A DNA stretch of 64,000 nucleotides, from contig CM102285.1 of assembly GCA_046563655.1 (NCBI GenBank), positions 248,001 to 312,000 on the forward strand, given 5' to 3'. How positions within the stretch are numbered: position 1 is the first letter of the stretch; each line of letters opens with the position of its first letter. Made by a program: the position numbers and the translations under genes. This stretch comes from Yuukianura sp. NJ FZ-2021. Taxonomy: Eukaryota. The notes beneath the pieces are model-generated. The model was given only the letters and a program-made list of their open reading frames with translations. It did no database searches and was not told the origin of the DNA. This document shows positions 1-12,873 of this stretch, in pieces.

Positions 1-1109
1 TTCGGTTCATCGGAGTATCCAAAGTGACCGGCAGAATTCCATAAGCAGTGGCTCCAGTTGGCAACCCTCCTGCTGGACATCCCAGCGACTTGACCAATTG
101 ATGAACTGCTGCCTGTAGAATTCAATTAATCAATCAATTACTTAATTGACTTAACCAATTGCTTAAGCTTAAATGATAATGTGTAAGTAATGTTGATGAG
201 TTATTTTGCTGGATTACCTTGGCCACTCCATAACCGATCATTCCTGGAGTTGGTTTGAGAGCCGGTTGAGCTCCAGTGAGAACCAATAGTCCTTGTTCCT
301 TGAGAAAAGTCGGAGCCAAGCTGGAAGCAATGCACGAAGTCCACACGCTTTGTTGAAGCATCAAGTCACAATTTTTCACGAAATCAGCTGATCCAACGTT
401 GCCGCCTATAAGGACAACAGAAAACGTTAGGTTGGTTAATTAATTGATTGATAGACTGATTAATTGATAGAATAGTCTAATTAACTGAGGTAAAGTAACA
501 TCACCTGCCCATCCTCCAGCGACACAAACAATCCCATCCAACGACGTTCCTTCTGGAATGTGGCTGCTCACCAACTTCGCCTGAAATCAATCAAAATCTA
601 TTACTGAAACTTTTTGGGGCAACTAGATATTAAATAACATAAAGGTGCTCCCTAATCTTAGATAACACTGAAATTTCATTGTTATCGAAGATTATCTCGA
701 GTAGCCCCAAGAATTGTCAGCGATACAAGAGCAATCTCTCGCTGACTCGACAATTTTCAGTTTTTCAATATTTCAGCGTTTTGGTCCCAGCGTACCCAAT
801 TCCCACAGTTTTCCTGTGTCAAGATGCCCCAAAACGTTTTAGCAAAATATACATGGCCCGACAATCACAAAATATCAACGTGACAGTTTAAAAAAGACTA
901 ATTTCCTTATATTTAATTGAGTGTTGCTTTTTGCTAACCTGATCCTCGAGCGTTAGATTCGGTTGAAGAACGACATTGTGATCAGCCTCATCGTTCTTGA
1001 CAAAGTCAACGCTGATGGTACGAAAGTCCTTGGCCTTGAAGTAGTTGACGAGGGCTGATCCCAAGGCTCCCTTACCCCCATAGATCAAAATTTGCTTCGA
1101 GGAACTCAT
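1..1109 (-). CDS. QDPR: Dihydropteridine reductase (SDR family); 3' end runs off the window start
   Basis: Exons 939-1109, 505-580, 218-405 and 1-112 join with GT-AG and correct phase. Protein contains [12 protein letters not shown] (Rossmann motif), [34 protein letters not shown] (YxxxK) and [11 protein letters not shown], all characteristic of QDPR. Confidence 0.95.
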
Positions 1110-1369
1110 TGTCTCACTAGAAATGGTTAATCAAATTAAAAATACACACAATATAATATAAAGAATATAAAAATTAAAAACTTGAAGTACTACTTTGATG
1201 TCTTTCTGTTTCGACAGTTAAGTTGTGTGGGGAGCAGGCTTGCAACAGATGAAGAGTGCCGCTTCTAAGTGCTGCCTGAGATGAAACAGCAACGAAGCGA
1301 ACAAGCGACCATGACCTTTGACATTCACTCAGAAGCAGAAAGAGTTTTTAGATAAAAACAGACTAACCG

Positions 1370-1503
1370 TAGTAGTTTGCTAAAGAAGAAAAACTAGACT
1401 CAGACTATTCCCCTGACTCTTGTTTTTTCCATTGAGTTAAACGAGAAAAAAAAGGTCAGGAGAATAGTCAGACCCTGGTTTTTCCTGTTAGCAAACTAGT
1501 ACT
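1370..1503. mobile_element. Degenerate hairpin MITE (~135 bp)
   Basis: TAGTAGTTTGCTAAAGAAGAAAAACTAGACTCAGACTATTCCCCTGAC is an imperfect reverse complement of GTCAGGAGAATAGTCAGACCCTGGTTTTTCCTGTTAGCAAACTAGTACTA. Confidence 0.6.
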
Positions 1504-1641
1504 ATTTTGACAAAATTTGCTTTAAATGTCCAAAATTGTAAAAAATTTTCCTGAAATACTCCTTTTTGGCAAATTCTAAGAATAAATTTGTTATATTTTT
1601 TTCAAGAAATATTTTTTTAAAATATAAAAATATGTAATATT

Positions 1642-2400
1642 GAGCTGCCAAAAATCGTAGCAGGTCATAAGGGCTAAACCAAAAAGGGCTACTCCAATAA
1701 GGGCTACTCAATAAGGGCTAAAAAAAATAAGGGCTACTCCAATAAAGGCTACTCCAATAAGGGCTACTGTCAATAAGGGCTACTGTCAATAAGGGCTACT
1801 TTTAATAAGGGCTACTTAATTAAAGCGTATTTACTTATTTTCCCGCGCCGAAGGCGCGGCGTTAGGTTATTTAATTTACAGTAGTGATTAGTTTTTAAAA
1901 TGAAAGCCTAACCTAACCCCGGGCATCAACGAGGCCTGATGCAAATTACGAAGAAGTCTTGATTTTTAATTTGATATATTTTCTACAGCGATTAGGTATA
2001 AAATGCGGGAAGATAACACTGGAAGTTAATTCAGCAGGTAATTGAATTAGCGGTTATTTAAACTAGCCCTTATTAAAAGTAGCCTTTATTGACAGTAGCC
2101 CTTATTGACAGTAGCCCTTATTGGAGTAGCCTTTATTGGAGTAGCCCTTATTTTTTTTAGCCCTTATTGAGTAGCCCTTATTGGAGTAGCCCTTTTTGGT
2201 TTAGCCCTTATGACCTGGAACCGCCAAAAATATGTGCTAAAAACCAATAAAATATTTATTTAATATTTACTATCAAAACCCGAAAATATTTATCTAAATA
2301 TTTACTAAAATAGGCAGTATTTATGAAAAAAAAAAAGGCTATTTTGCATTAAAAGGACCGGAAATTTGGACGAATTTCACTATTAACTGACTTACATCGA
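1642..2400. mobile_element. Partial inverted copy of the 4873-5353 hAT-like MITE, interrupted by the 1656-2222 element
   Basis: GAGCTGCCAAAAAT + ATGTGCTAAAAACCAAT...CTATTAACTGACTTACATCG matches the reverse complement of about 5178-5351. Confidence 0.8.
1656..2222. mobile_element. Foldback/Mutator-like non-autonomous element with modular TIRs and a 9-bp TSD
   Basis: TIRs of about 155 bp (1661-1816 and ~2063-2217) are built from AATAAGGGCTACT units. The element is flanked by the direct repeat GCCAAAAAT (1647-1655 and 2223-2231). The centre holds a CCGCGCCGAAGGCGCGG hairpin and TTAGGTTA/TAACCTAA motifs. Confidence 0.88.
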
Positions 2401-3470
2401 ATGGGGAGAGTGTCGGATGACGTGGTATCAATAATTGCTATCATGTTAATTATTGTTAGCACAATAATTGTTAACTTACAATTATCGCATGTAAATGATT
2501 GTAAAAGTCAAATGCACTTGTGATTCACAAGCACATTTCGCAGCAGCGATTTCGAAATCAAGTAATTTTAATACGTAAGTTTTGAAATATGTTTTTAAAT
2601 ATCGTGAAATAGCAACTAAGCTACGTGGGTACAAGTAAAGACGTAATGAAAATTGCAACCGTTACCAATAATAAATAAAAAATATGATTAAAAAATGCTG
2701 GAATCCTAATACGAACAAAGTACTAGTTGGAAAAAGTAACTGGAAATGTACCATACCATCACCAAAGTCCGTCAAATGCATCTCACTTCGCGAAAGAAGG
2801 CCGGAAACTGAAACGAGTTTACCCAAATATTGAAATACCAAATATTTTGGCAGTATATTGTTAGTGGTACAACCATGCAATTCCTGTTCACTCCATAAAT
2901 TCCTAACTTACAATTGGCGGAAGATATCCCGTCGACGACCAATCTGTAAGCTCCTGCAGCACGTCTTCCAACGCTATAAAATAGTTTTTGGTAACCGTTG
3001 AAAACTAACCTCAAATTGAGTTTAAATTCCATGTTTTACCGTGTTCGTTGCGTAAAGTGAGCCGGATCTTGTTGACAACATGCATACTGTTGACTGACAC
3101 GATTTGTGCCCCGTGTTGAATCAGCACAAGCTCCCCTTCTCCTCGTAACGTAACGTTCGTTAGCATTAGCTTTGTCCCTTCACCTTCCCGAATTGAAAGA
3201 TAGGTCTGGAACATCTCTTCCCCTATCATATCTATGAAAAAAGTCAAAAACATTTGTCCATAAAAGTGGCACTATTCTTAATGGTAACCGGTCGTAAACC
3301 GGAATTTTCCAAAGTAGCAAAAGACTGCACTATGCATGCGCAAACGGCTGGATCTACTATCAATGTGAGGTATAACGCCCTATGGCTGTGAATAGTAAAA
3401 TGAAAAGAGTTGACCTTTGACCACGAAACAACATTGTTTCAATCGAAATTTTGTTTAGTTTTTCTTAGAA

Positions 3471-4800
3471 AGGTTATGTCATAACTCCGTTATTCTTTAT
3501 TTCAAATTTTTTGAACCGCACATCTGACGCGGCTCCGTTGCGTTAGCAATTCGAAATAAAAAGAATGTCTCAGCAACGTGAAATTTAAAACTTAAGGAGA
3601 GACTGGAGGTCAATAAAAAATAACGCCAAAAAACGTTTTGTAGACATGGCAACGACTGAGAATTTAGAAATTACACACCACGCAATCATGCAAAACCCGA
3701 ACGGATGTATTCTTTACGACTGAAATTTTGCACAACCCATGATAACTCGCCAATCGCTGTCTAGCTGACAACTGACTGACGAGAGAATGAATAAAAGAAC
3801 AAAGAACGAAACTGCCTCCTTTTGAATTTTCAAAAAATTGTATTACATTTGAACTTCCCAAAAGAATTCTTTAGTGTTCCTGAGGAGGTACACGAACCGT
3901 TGACTTTCCATATGTTCCTTCGGTTACTTTTAGTTTTTTCCTGGCTTTAACTAACGACGGAAGAGGACGTAACTTTATTTGATTGATGTTACGAAAACGT
4001 TGAATCTGTTTAGTGTTTAAACACAAGTTAATCAGAAGTGCTTGAGGTTAGGTTGAAATGGTGGTGGCATAAGTTGAAACGTTTTTGGTAGTGGGACATC
4101 AATGGAAGCTTCAGTAGTACATTTCCGCTTAACTGCACTACTGCACGGAAAGGAAACCCCACTTTCATTCAAGTATAATTTACATTTCCATCCTAGGTTT
4201 GTTGATTTAAAAAAAAAATTTCGTTATATTTTCATATTGATGGGTATGTTTTGTATTTATCACAAAAAAAAAGAACTCGCATTAAACTTTGCTTTATAGA
4301 AGGCGCAAGAGCCCCCTACTACTCACAAGGTCATGTCTCATATATTTAATTACTAATTAATAATTAGTTAAATAATTATAAGTTTACAACTAATTGTAGC
4401 ATGTTAATCACATATTGACATAGATTTAGCAGAGTCTGCTACTACGGAAAGTGTGGTCGTAGTTTTCTGAGCGTCGTACCAATCACGCTGGAAGTCCAAA
4501 GAGTTCCTAGTGTAGGATGAAAAAGGGAATTCGCCGAGGAGTATTCCAAAGCGTTCTTCTTTGGAACTCTTTTAGGAATACCTAATAGCCGACATTGGGG
4601 AATTCCAAAAGATGCCCTCAGGAATCCCTTGTTCCTAAGAAGAGCATTCTAGGGAATTGATTGTGTTCTCGACAAATCAATTCCTTAGAATTCTTGGAAC
4701 TTCCTGTTTGCTGCTGGGGTTATTGTGCAAATAAACAAAATTGGCCAAAAGTTGTTTTTTCTTGTTTTTTTTTTTGAAAATCGGAGTTATGACATAACCT
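3471..4800. mobile_element. Non-autonomous TIR element (~1.33 kb)
   Basis: Perfect 19-bp inverted repeat AGGTTATGTCATAACTCCG (3471-3489) / CGGAGTTATGACATAACCT (4782-4800). No transposase ORF and no clear TSD. Confidence 0.6.
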
Positions 4801-4872
4801 CTTACGGTATTTGTATAAATCGTAGCTATAGCAACCTTGACCCGGAAGCTTGTCAATTAGGGGTCACATGAT

Positions 4873-5353
4873 TAGAGCTGCCGAACGTATATACTTTTAA
4901 ATAAAAATATTTTAATATTAAAGAAAATATTTGGGGAAGAAAGAAAATTATAAATATTTATGAAAATTGTAAATATTTGATGACATTTTTGTCGATTTTT
5001 GAAAATATCAAGTGTTTAAAGTGATATTTTGCCGATTTTTCTAAAAATAAACTTGACCATTCCCTGATCTTGGCAAAAATTTTCCCTTCGAGAAAAGTCA
5101 TGTTTTCCTTTGTGTGAACTTTCTTGTTAAGGGGTTTCCTCATAATAACACAAAGTTTGGCGTTGCACTCTGTCTTCCGATGTAAGTCAGTTAATAGCAA
5201 AATTCCGGCCTTTTTAATGCCAAATAACCTGTTTCCCCTTAAATACTGCCCATTTTAGTAAAGATAAATAGCTAGATAAATATTTTCGAGTTTTGATAGT
5301 AAATATTAAATAAATATTTCATTGGTTTTTAGCACATATTTTTGGCAGCTCTT
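4873..5353. mobile_element. hAT-like MITE with 8-bp TSD
   Basis: Termini TAGAGCTGCC ... GGCAGCTCTT, flanked by CACATGAT (4865-4872 and 5354-5361). An 8-bp TSD with a short TIR is typical of hAT elements. Confidence 0.82.
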
Positions 5354-5361
5354 CACATGAT

Positions 5362-5540
5362 GTACACAAAAGTTGTTGGCCTCGATGAGACGAACAACTT
5401 ATAGCGAACAGCACCGGGTCACTAGGTGCCAACGGTCGAAATGTTGAGCCGTTTCCTCCCGTGATCATCTCCATGACGGCCGGCCAGACAGACAGACAGA
5501 CTAGGTTCATGCATAAAGTAGCTTTCGCTACTCAATAATT
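5362..5540 (+). mobile_element. 3' part of a Helentron-associated (DINE-1/HINE-like) element
   Basis: (CAGA)n microsatellite at ~5486-5501 followed by the terminal stem-loop AGTAGC-TTTC-GCTACT (5517-5532). Confidence 0.5.
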
Positions 5541-6234
5541 AAGTTGTATTTGGAGTTAATTTAAATGGGTTCGACTACCAGTTCCTCTACCGTTAGCCAC
5601 TGCTTTGTACAGGATTAGTGACGTCTCCCGGGGTGGATCCGTGAAACTTCTTTTCAAAAACAGAAAAGCGCCCTGTTCAATGACACCATGCGCATATTCT
5701 CCCTCAAGGACTTCTGACTTTACAAGGCAAGATTCAAAGATGATACGCGACGGATCCATTTTGTGTGCCCTTTAACCGGTAAAGCAATTCCCACTTGAAA
5801 TTGTATACACGTTAAGAATCTTATTCCGAAATGCACAGCACCAAGGTTGCCCGATTGAATTGCTACAAGAGGTTGTTCAATACCTCCGAGGTTTATAAAA
5901 ATTGAGTCAAATCAACTATAGCACCAATTCCGTTACATTACATACAAATCATTACCGTAGTAAGGCACGACGAAGCAAGTTTTGCAAATTATTTAACCAA
6001 ATTAAAAAGCGCCGAGTTAATGAATAACCTCTTGTAGTAATCAACAATCTGCTTGTTTATCCACCTTGCACAGCACTGCTGTCTTGAAAAATGACCATTT
6101 GAACAATCGGAGGAGCCCCGTACACTATTTTAAACAATCACTTCAAACTTTTCAACAAATGAACATTCGAAAGGGAAAAATAGAAAAAAGGTAGGATTTT
6201 ATACCACAGTAGGGAGTTGGCGTTATAAATAAAT

Positions 6235-6350
6235 TACCGTAAAACTTCTAATAAAGGCCCGGCCGTTTATTTTAAAATCTCAACTTTTACCCACAGTTTA
6301 AGGGATCCGGCGATTATTAGTGACCGTTTTTTATTACAGGTTTTACGATA
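6235..6350. mobile_element. Small Tc1/mariner-type MITE (TA-flanked)
   Basis: TA-CCGTAAAACTTCTAATAAA ... TTTATTACAGGTTTTACGA-TA form imperfect ~20-bp TIRs. Confidence 0.6.
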
Positions 6351-6469
6351 ATAGAATTTGTGGATTGGGTGGCACGGGCAGCGACCCTTTGCAAACTTTT
6401 CGGAATTATACATCAAATATCACTGAAGACTAAATCTTATGTGTTTTTTTTTTCATTTGTCGTCTAAAT

Positions 6470-9338
6470 TCATGTGGGACAGGTAGCGTTGTCACACAAG
6501 TTGGCATATCGACCGTACGTCCAGAACTGAGTTGTGTCAAGCTTCAACGTATAAGCAGCAACGAGATATCCCATCACATTTACCATCACCTACCAATAGG
6601 AACGCAACGCAATTAGTAATCATAGCCTTCAACTTGTTATTTGCTTGTTGTCACACAATGAGAACAACAAGTAATAAATAAAAAAGTGTGGGTTTAAACT
6701 TACGACCGAAACTAGACTTCGATTGACCGCAAAGTAACCGTTGGCTGAAATTTGAATCGGATTGTTCGGTGCGTAGCTCACAATCAGAGAATGAATCTGG
6801 ACATTAAGAAATTAAATAATTAAAGAAATTAAAAATTACAACGAAAGTTCAGACTTTGCACTGAAAAACTGAAATTGAACTTGAGCGTAAAATTTTTACA
6901 AAATTTCGCTCTTGTGTCGTATCACAACTTCCGAGATAACAGTTCCTTCGAAGCACTTGAAATCCGGCCATTCCCTGTCAATTCAAATAAAAAAGCCATT
7001 TAAAAATTTAAAACTTGGAAAAAAAAATTGAAAACACGAAATTGAGGTCTTCAATCGTAAACATTTTCACGGCTTATTAGAAAACAAAAACAGCTCACTC
7101 TCTTGTACTCACTTCAACGTAGGCAGAATTGGCACAGTCTGTGCTGATGTACGCAAAGATTGACGTCAACGCAAGGAAAACGAAGGCCAAGCAAAACTGA
7201 AATCATTCAAAACCACAAAGTAATTTCATTAATTATAATGTGATTACAAGTAACTGCAAGTAATTGTCTTACCTCAATTGTTGCTCTGTAGTACTCTAGC
7301 TCAGTCACTTGCAAATTGAGACGACTTTTGAAAATGGCTTGAGTTCGAACCTCTGCTCCTACAGCTCCATATCTCTCGTCAATTACTAATTCAGTTGGAT
7401 ACACCGTCACCATGTGATACAGTTCGTAGATCATGGACACCGTCTTAAAAACAAAGCGTCAAACTCATCGTTACATAACTTCCATAATCGCATAACTTAC
7501 ATAATCACATGAATTACATAAGTAAAATCAACTACTTAGATCACTTACTTCCAGAAAGTAGTACAGAATAAGTTGGTAACCGAACAGATCTTCTGTCATT
7601 TTGTACAGTTGCACAATATTGTAATGGTCGTCAAGGATGTATCGCAAGTCAATTCTGATTTTGGGCTCGTCTGTATCGAACTTGGCATTTCCTTCCAGCA
7701 CTTCATCTGAAATAGTAAACAAAAGTTATAATTTATCAATCCAAACAACAAATTCGTATTTAACTCGTAATTTTTCAAAATTTTACTTTGAATAAGACCA
7801 TCTCGCATGCGTTGGTTCCAAATTTTTGAGACCCCAGCCAGCAAGCGATTGAAAAAATTGAAGTGTATCATCGTCGAGCGGGCTCCTACGTACGCCATTG
7901 CCTAAAAACACAGAAACAAAAACCAAAACTTTTAGTAAAAAAAAACTGTTGTCAAACAGTAAAAAGTTAAACTTAAACTTAAATTAAACCTGATTAGGCT
8001 TACGATGATGATGGTTCCAGGAATTTTGTAGACGTAGTACATATAAGCAGTTCTGTCTCTGGTCAAAATGGCCTTCGGTAGTTCAAAGTCCATGAAGTAG
8101 TGGAAGTGTCTCAAGTACAAAAAACTCATAACATCCAACATATTTGACACACTGGGAATAAAATCACCAAATGACACGATCGCAGCTGTCACCACCATGC
8201 CAACTGCCAGGAAAACCTCAGTCAGCATTTTGAAAAATGCTGTCTACAATACAAAATTATATTGCAAAGAAAAATTTTTTTCAAAAAACTTTTTGAAGTG
8301 CTTCTAAGCTGATGTTGAATATTGTCGCAGTAGACTCCTACATACCTCTGGGACCTCCATTTGCATCATCTGAAATTAACAAAGCCAAGTTAGACTTGTC
8401 TAAATACTTCCAAGTATAATGTATAAAGTGCTTCCAAGCATAAAATACTTCCAAGTATAAAATTAGCAGAGTACGTAGAGCTTACCTGGAAGGAGTAGAG
8501 CCAGTAATTGAGGTAGTTGACGAAAGCTCTACGGCGGACAAACACAGTAACGTTCATGACCTAAAGAAACAAAGTAAAACTTCTTAGATTCGTGAGGTGA
8601 TAAAGAAACAAATAAAGTAACCAACAATTAGTAATTAGTTAAGTTAATTTATGCTAATTACGATGACAAAGAAGAGCCAGAAGTAGATGACGAGGAGGAG
8701 GGAGAAGTTTTGTCGAATCATTTCTTTTTCCCAGTCTTTGCTCACGTTCCGTTCTCTCCCAAGGTCGTTGATGTCTTCTTGCAGAACACTAAAACGTTTA
8801 TAAAACGACGACATTAGTCAAGTACATCAAACCATGTTCATGAATTGCTTATACCTCTGAAGTCATAACATACATTTACTTATATACATTCGTTACATCA
8901 CTTACATCAGCTACATAACTTACATCACTTACATAAGAATAGTTGGTTTGAGGCGATAGAGCCCAGGAGCGAAGAAGGTGGCATATCCGGAGGTGATGGC
9001 AAGGAAGTTGAAGAGACTAATGACGAAGCAGACAATGTACATAAAGTTGAACTCTGTGCTCCATTTGTCAACAAATGCCGTTGGTTTCTTCGGCTGTAGT
9101 GAGATCAATTAGTAATCATCACTTGTGATTGTTTCCTAAGGATTTAGTTTCTTACAAAGTCCTTGACAGCAAATGGACACTGTCCTTGAATGAGTAGGAA
9201 GTAGCGGAGAGGTCTGATGGTGGAGAGGAACATATCGGCGTACTTCCTTGTCTTGTCATACTTGGCCCGATTACTGGCCATCATCCGACCAATCCGCCTC
9301 GTCGTCAGCTTCATCTCTCCTTGAATAAGCTTGTCCAT
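6470..9338 (-). CDS. Gustatory receptor / GR-like 7-transmembrane ion-channel family protein (multi-exon)
   Basis: About 14 short hydrophobic exons starting MDKLIQGEM. It has N-terminal LSTIRPLRYFLLIQGQCPF, internal LYKMTEDLFGYQLILYYFL and C-terminal IQISANGYFAVNRSLVSV|VMVNVMGYLVAAYTL, matching the GR pattern (TAxGfFxvnrxl...TYhhhh). Stop TGA at 6470-6472. Confidence 0.8.
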
Positions 9339-9999
9339 GATCTGTCTTTGTCAGCTTCCAGCGATTTCTGTTAGATTCCAGCGACGTCTGTCAGTTTTCC
9401 ACGTCCTGTGCAAGTGCAGTTCGGCTGGATTCTGGAAGAATAGAAAACACAAAGTGTCAAGGAAGAGGAACGGTTAACGTCACGGAAACGTAAGTACCAA
9501 CATGGATCAGAATCGATTAGTCTCTTACTTTTCTCCTCAGCCGATTTTAGCTTGTTTTAACTGATTTCAACGTTTGTTTTAACTCAGCTTTTTGTTGTAA
9601 CTTACCTTGATGACACGCTGGCTGACCTGTTCTTACCGTTGTTACCTGCTGTGATAGTGATGAAGTGAGTTAGCACTTAATCACGTCATGGTTAATTACG
9701 TTAAAACGTTATGCTATGCTTTAACTTAACTAATGTCTACGCTAAAAGTTAAAACTACCTGCTTACAATGAAAGATGGATGTGGGAGAAAAAAAGAGAGA
9801 AATTCGTTGTTTTCCTCTTTGTATCGGTAGACGTATGGATTAACTGCCATCCTTGTACCCTCTATGCGTAGCCACTTCGGCCTTCTTGTGTGGCCAGAAT
9901 AAACGGCTAACCTAGTGGCAACATTTGTTGCTACTGTAATTTAAGGCTCGCGAATACCCTGGAAACTGGGGGTCAAAATGCGGCTGTAACTCATGAAAT

Positions 10000-10277
10000 G
10001 AAAAATGGTCTGGATCAGCGTAGGAAGGTCGTACAATGACCCACAATATATCAAACTTTAGGAAAAGGCTTGATCTAGTATCATGCCCGAGGAAATTACA
10101 AAATTTTAGTTCTATCTATGTAAAAATAGAGGTGGAATGTTTGGGTCAATTTTTTTCACAGTTAGAAGTAAAATTTTGTAATTTCCTCGGTTATGATACT
10201 AGATCAAGTCTTTTCCTAAAGTTTGATATATTGTGGGTCATTGTACGACCTTCCTACGCTGATCCAGACCATTTTTT
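10000..10277. mobile_element. Long inverted repeat (foldback MITE core)
   Basis: Arms of about 108 bp (10000-10108 and 10169-10277) are near-perfect reverse complements, with a ~60-bp spacer. Confidence 0.8.
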
Positions 10278-10546
10278 AATTTCAATGTCGCATTCTCAAA
10301 AAAGTTGTTGACAAAACCCAAACTACGGCAACCGAACTTTGAGTCAGTATTTTGTTTGTTTGAAAGTAATACTTTTTTTGATCATATTTGCACTGATCTT
10401 TTTCACCACCCATGAGGGCGTTTCTTTTTGTCGATGTCTGCAGCTTTACTAACTAAACAAGCTCGGTTATCGTGGTTACTAAATTTAACGATTGACGCAT
10501 AACACACGTCCTTAAACAAAAGTCAACTAAAGTCGCAACAAAAATG

Positions 10547-10750
10547 TGAAATTCCCGCGTTCTAAACCATGACAATGTAAACAAACGTAGGGTTGAAAGA
10601 AGCTGTAACCACCACCATTGTACTCGCATATTGTAGCCACCTACTGCAGCCGTAAAGTGGCTACACTGTGCCGCTACAATGGTGGTGGTTAAACCTTATT
10701 TCAACCCTATGTTTGTTTACATGGTCATAGTTTAGATCGCGGGAATTTCA
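10547..10750. mobile_element. Palindromic MITE (~200 bp)
   Basis: TGAAATTCCCGCGTTCTAAACCATGAC...ACCACCACCATTGTA is mirrored by TACAATGGTGGTGGT...GTCATAGTTTAGATCGCGGGAATTTCA. Confidence 0.75.
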
Positions 10751-10950
10751 AATTGGCGTCACTCCACATCTAAAATCATTTCCCAATTTCATTTCTGTTT
10801 TTTACAATTTATTTTAATTGTATTGATTGTAAATTAAGTTAATTAGTACGAAATAATGTAGGTAATAATTAACTGAATTAATTAATTAATAATGGACTAA
10901 TTTAATTATTAATTAACTAAATTTGTAATTAAGTGAGTTACAGCTCCTCG

Positions 10951-11946
10951 TCACCTTGTAGTTGTCGCAGGGAAAAGTAATTGTTTAATTCCATTTAGGC
11001 GGCCACCGCTACGCAGAAGCGAATCTACTTGACTCCTCCCCTTTTCCAGTGCGCCACTTTCTTTTACCCAGTTTAAAAACTCTTTAGCAAGAGATTCGTT
11101 TTCCAAATGCTCTTGAGATTCTAAAATTAAGTTACATTTTAGTTAACTAATCAATTAAGTTGTACTAATATCACAAAACGTTTGGTTTTTAATTTAAAAA
11201 TTTAAAATTTACCCGCGTCTTGCGTCGTCGTTGGAGCCTCAGTTGTAGTAGTAATTCGTGGAGTCGGACGCGGTTTGATTCTGTCGTGGGCAAAGTCAGT
11301 TTCTCCAGGAAATACTATTGGAGAGGAGTCAAAATGGGCAGGACGAAGTTTTGCCGGCGGTGGGATTCGAACTGGCGGCGGCGTTGAGGTTGCGAAAACC
11401 AACTCGGCACTTGTTGTGCTCTCCTCCCTCCTATTTCCTAATGCAACTTCCGGTTTAGTTGGAAAAGCAATGAAGTTCGGCTTTTTATTTTCAATTTTTG
11501 TACTCCACGCTAATTAAAATAATTTGTCAATTAATTAAAGAATATAAACAAGAAAATTTAAAATTCAACGCCAATTTTTAAAAATTACCCGTATTCGGAT
11601 CATTTCCGGAAGCGGGATTCCAAAACCATGGTGGCTGAAACCGAATGTCGAATTCCTGTGTACCGGAATCCGGTATCGTCACGGTCGGTTTCGCACGTGT
11701 CACGGTAGGATGTCGAATTTGATACTCAAAATGCGACACTGGGACGCTATTTCTGTGCACTTTGCGACCTTGTAACCATGTCGCACCGCCGTAGTTTTTA
11801 TAAAAATCTTCATAAACTGATGCTGGAACGCGCTGGTAATGCGTTACTGCAACACTGCTCACGGATTCCGGAATACCCCGAATACTTCCGACCGAGGAAA
11901 CACAAACTAGCGCCAGTAATTTCAAAAATACTGTGATGCTGGACAT
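10951..11946 (-). CDS. Putative secreted Pro/Thr-rich protein of unknown function (~275 aa, 3 exons)
   Basis: Signal-peptide-like start MSSITVFLKLLALVCVSSVGS. Exons ~11589-11946, 11213-11509 and 10951-11120 join in phase 1 with GT-AG and no internal stops. Confidence 0.7.
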
Positions 11947-12800
11947 GATTTTGGATAGAAATGTTTTGTTGTTAACCTTCCACTGTCACTTTTTATACTG
12001 ATCATCGATCAGTAATCGCCAAAAGTAGCCAAGAAGCAAGAAACAAAAATTAAAAGTTGTAAATTTTAATTTTTTCGAACAAACCGTAAACTATTTTCTT
12101 GGAAAACAATAAGAAAAAAAATTTGGACGTAAACATATCCTTAAAAGCAATTTTCCTTGAAATCGGTCTACACTTTTAACACAAAGAGGTCAACCGAAAA
12201 ATGGCCAAGTACAATTTGGTCAACTTTTCTTTTCTTTTTTTTTGAAAATTTTTTATGGGGAACTTTTTTTTGCTAAATAAGTGTAGGTCAGTTTGATGTC
12301 TGCTGAAATGTTGTTGATCAAGTGGTGAATTTTTATAAGTATTGAGGGAAACTGGTTTGTGGAATTCATTAGTCAAAACACATGCAAAAAATAGTACTAC
12401 GAGTGACGTTTTAATTCACTACAATTTTCTCATCACATTTTCAGCGATTTCTTGGTACGAATTTTTTGCAAACGAGTTTTGAATGAATCGAAACAATTTT
12501 TGCATGCTTTTGTAAAATCAGTTTCATTCATCCGAAAAAGTTGACCCCAGTAACCTCCATTTCCATTTCCAAGAAATTTCTGCTGGAAATTCTAGACAAT
12601 TTCCCAAATTTCCAAATCGCAATTTAAATTCAATTTCAGTTGTCGCAATTTGGAAATTTCCATTTCCAAATTGCGACGTAAATTTTACGTCGCAAAGCGA
12701 TCAACTTAGATTTTAAATGAATGAATCTTTCCTTTGTTCTTGATTTAAAGAATTTTTTGAAAAATATTTGGAAAATTGAACCTTTGCAAAAAAAAAATTA

Positions 12801-12873
12801 AGGGGGCACGCAGATTTGAACTACGGACAATTCGATCTGCAGTCGAATGCTCTACCAACTGAGCTATACCCCC
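12801..12873 (-). tRNA. trnC-GCA: tRNA-Cys (anticodon GCA)
   Basis: GGGGGTATAGCTCAGTTGGTAGAGCATTCGACTGCAGATCGAATTGTCCGTAGTTCAAATCTGCGTGCCCCCT folds into a full cloverleaf with A and B boxes. An oligo-T Pol III terminator lies at 12788-12797 on the minus strand. Confidence 0.96.

Noticed and set aside
2662-3253. Three overlapping minus-strand ORFs as a frameshifted pseudogene or transposase
   Set aside because: No recognisable motif or consistent splice structure. A translated search would be needed.
5556-5900. Short ORFs, including a plus-strand CPIELLQEVVQYL segment resembling an F-box
   Set aside because: Bounded by stops with no start or supporting exons, and the similarity is too short.
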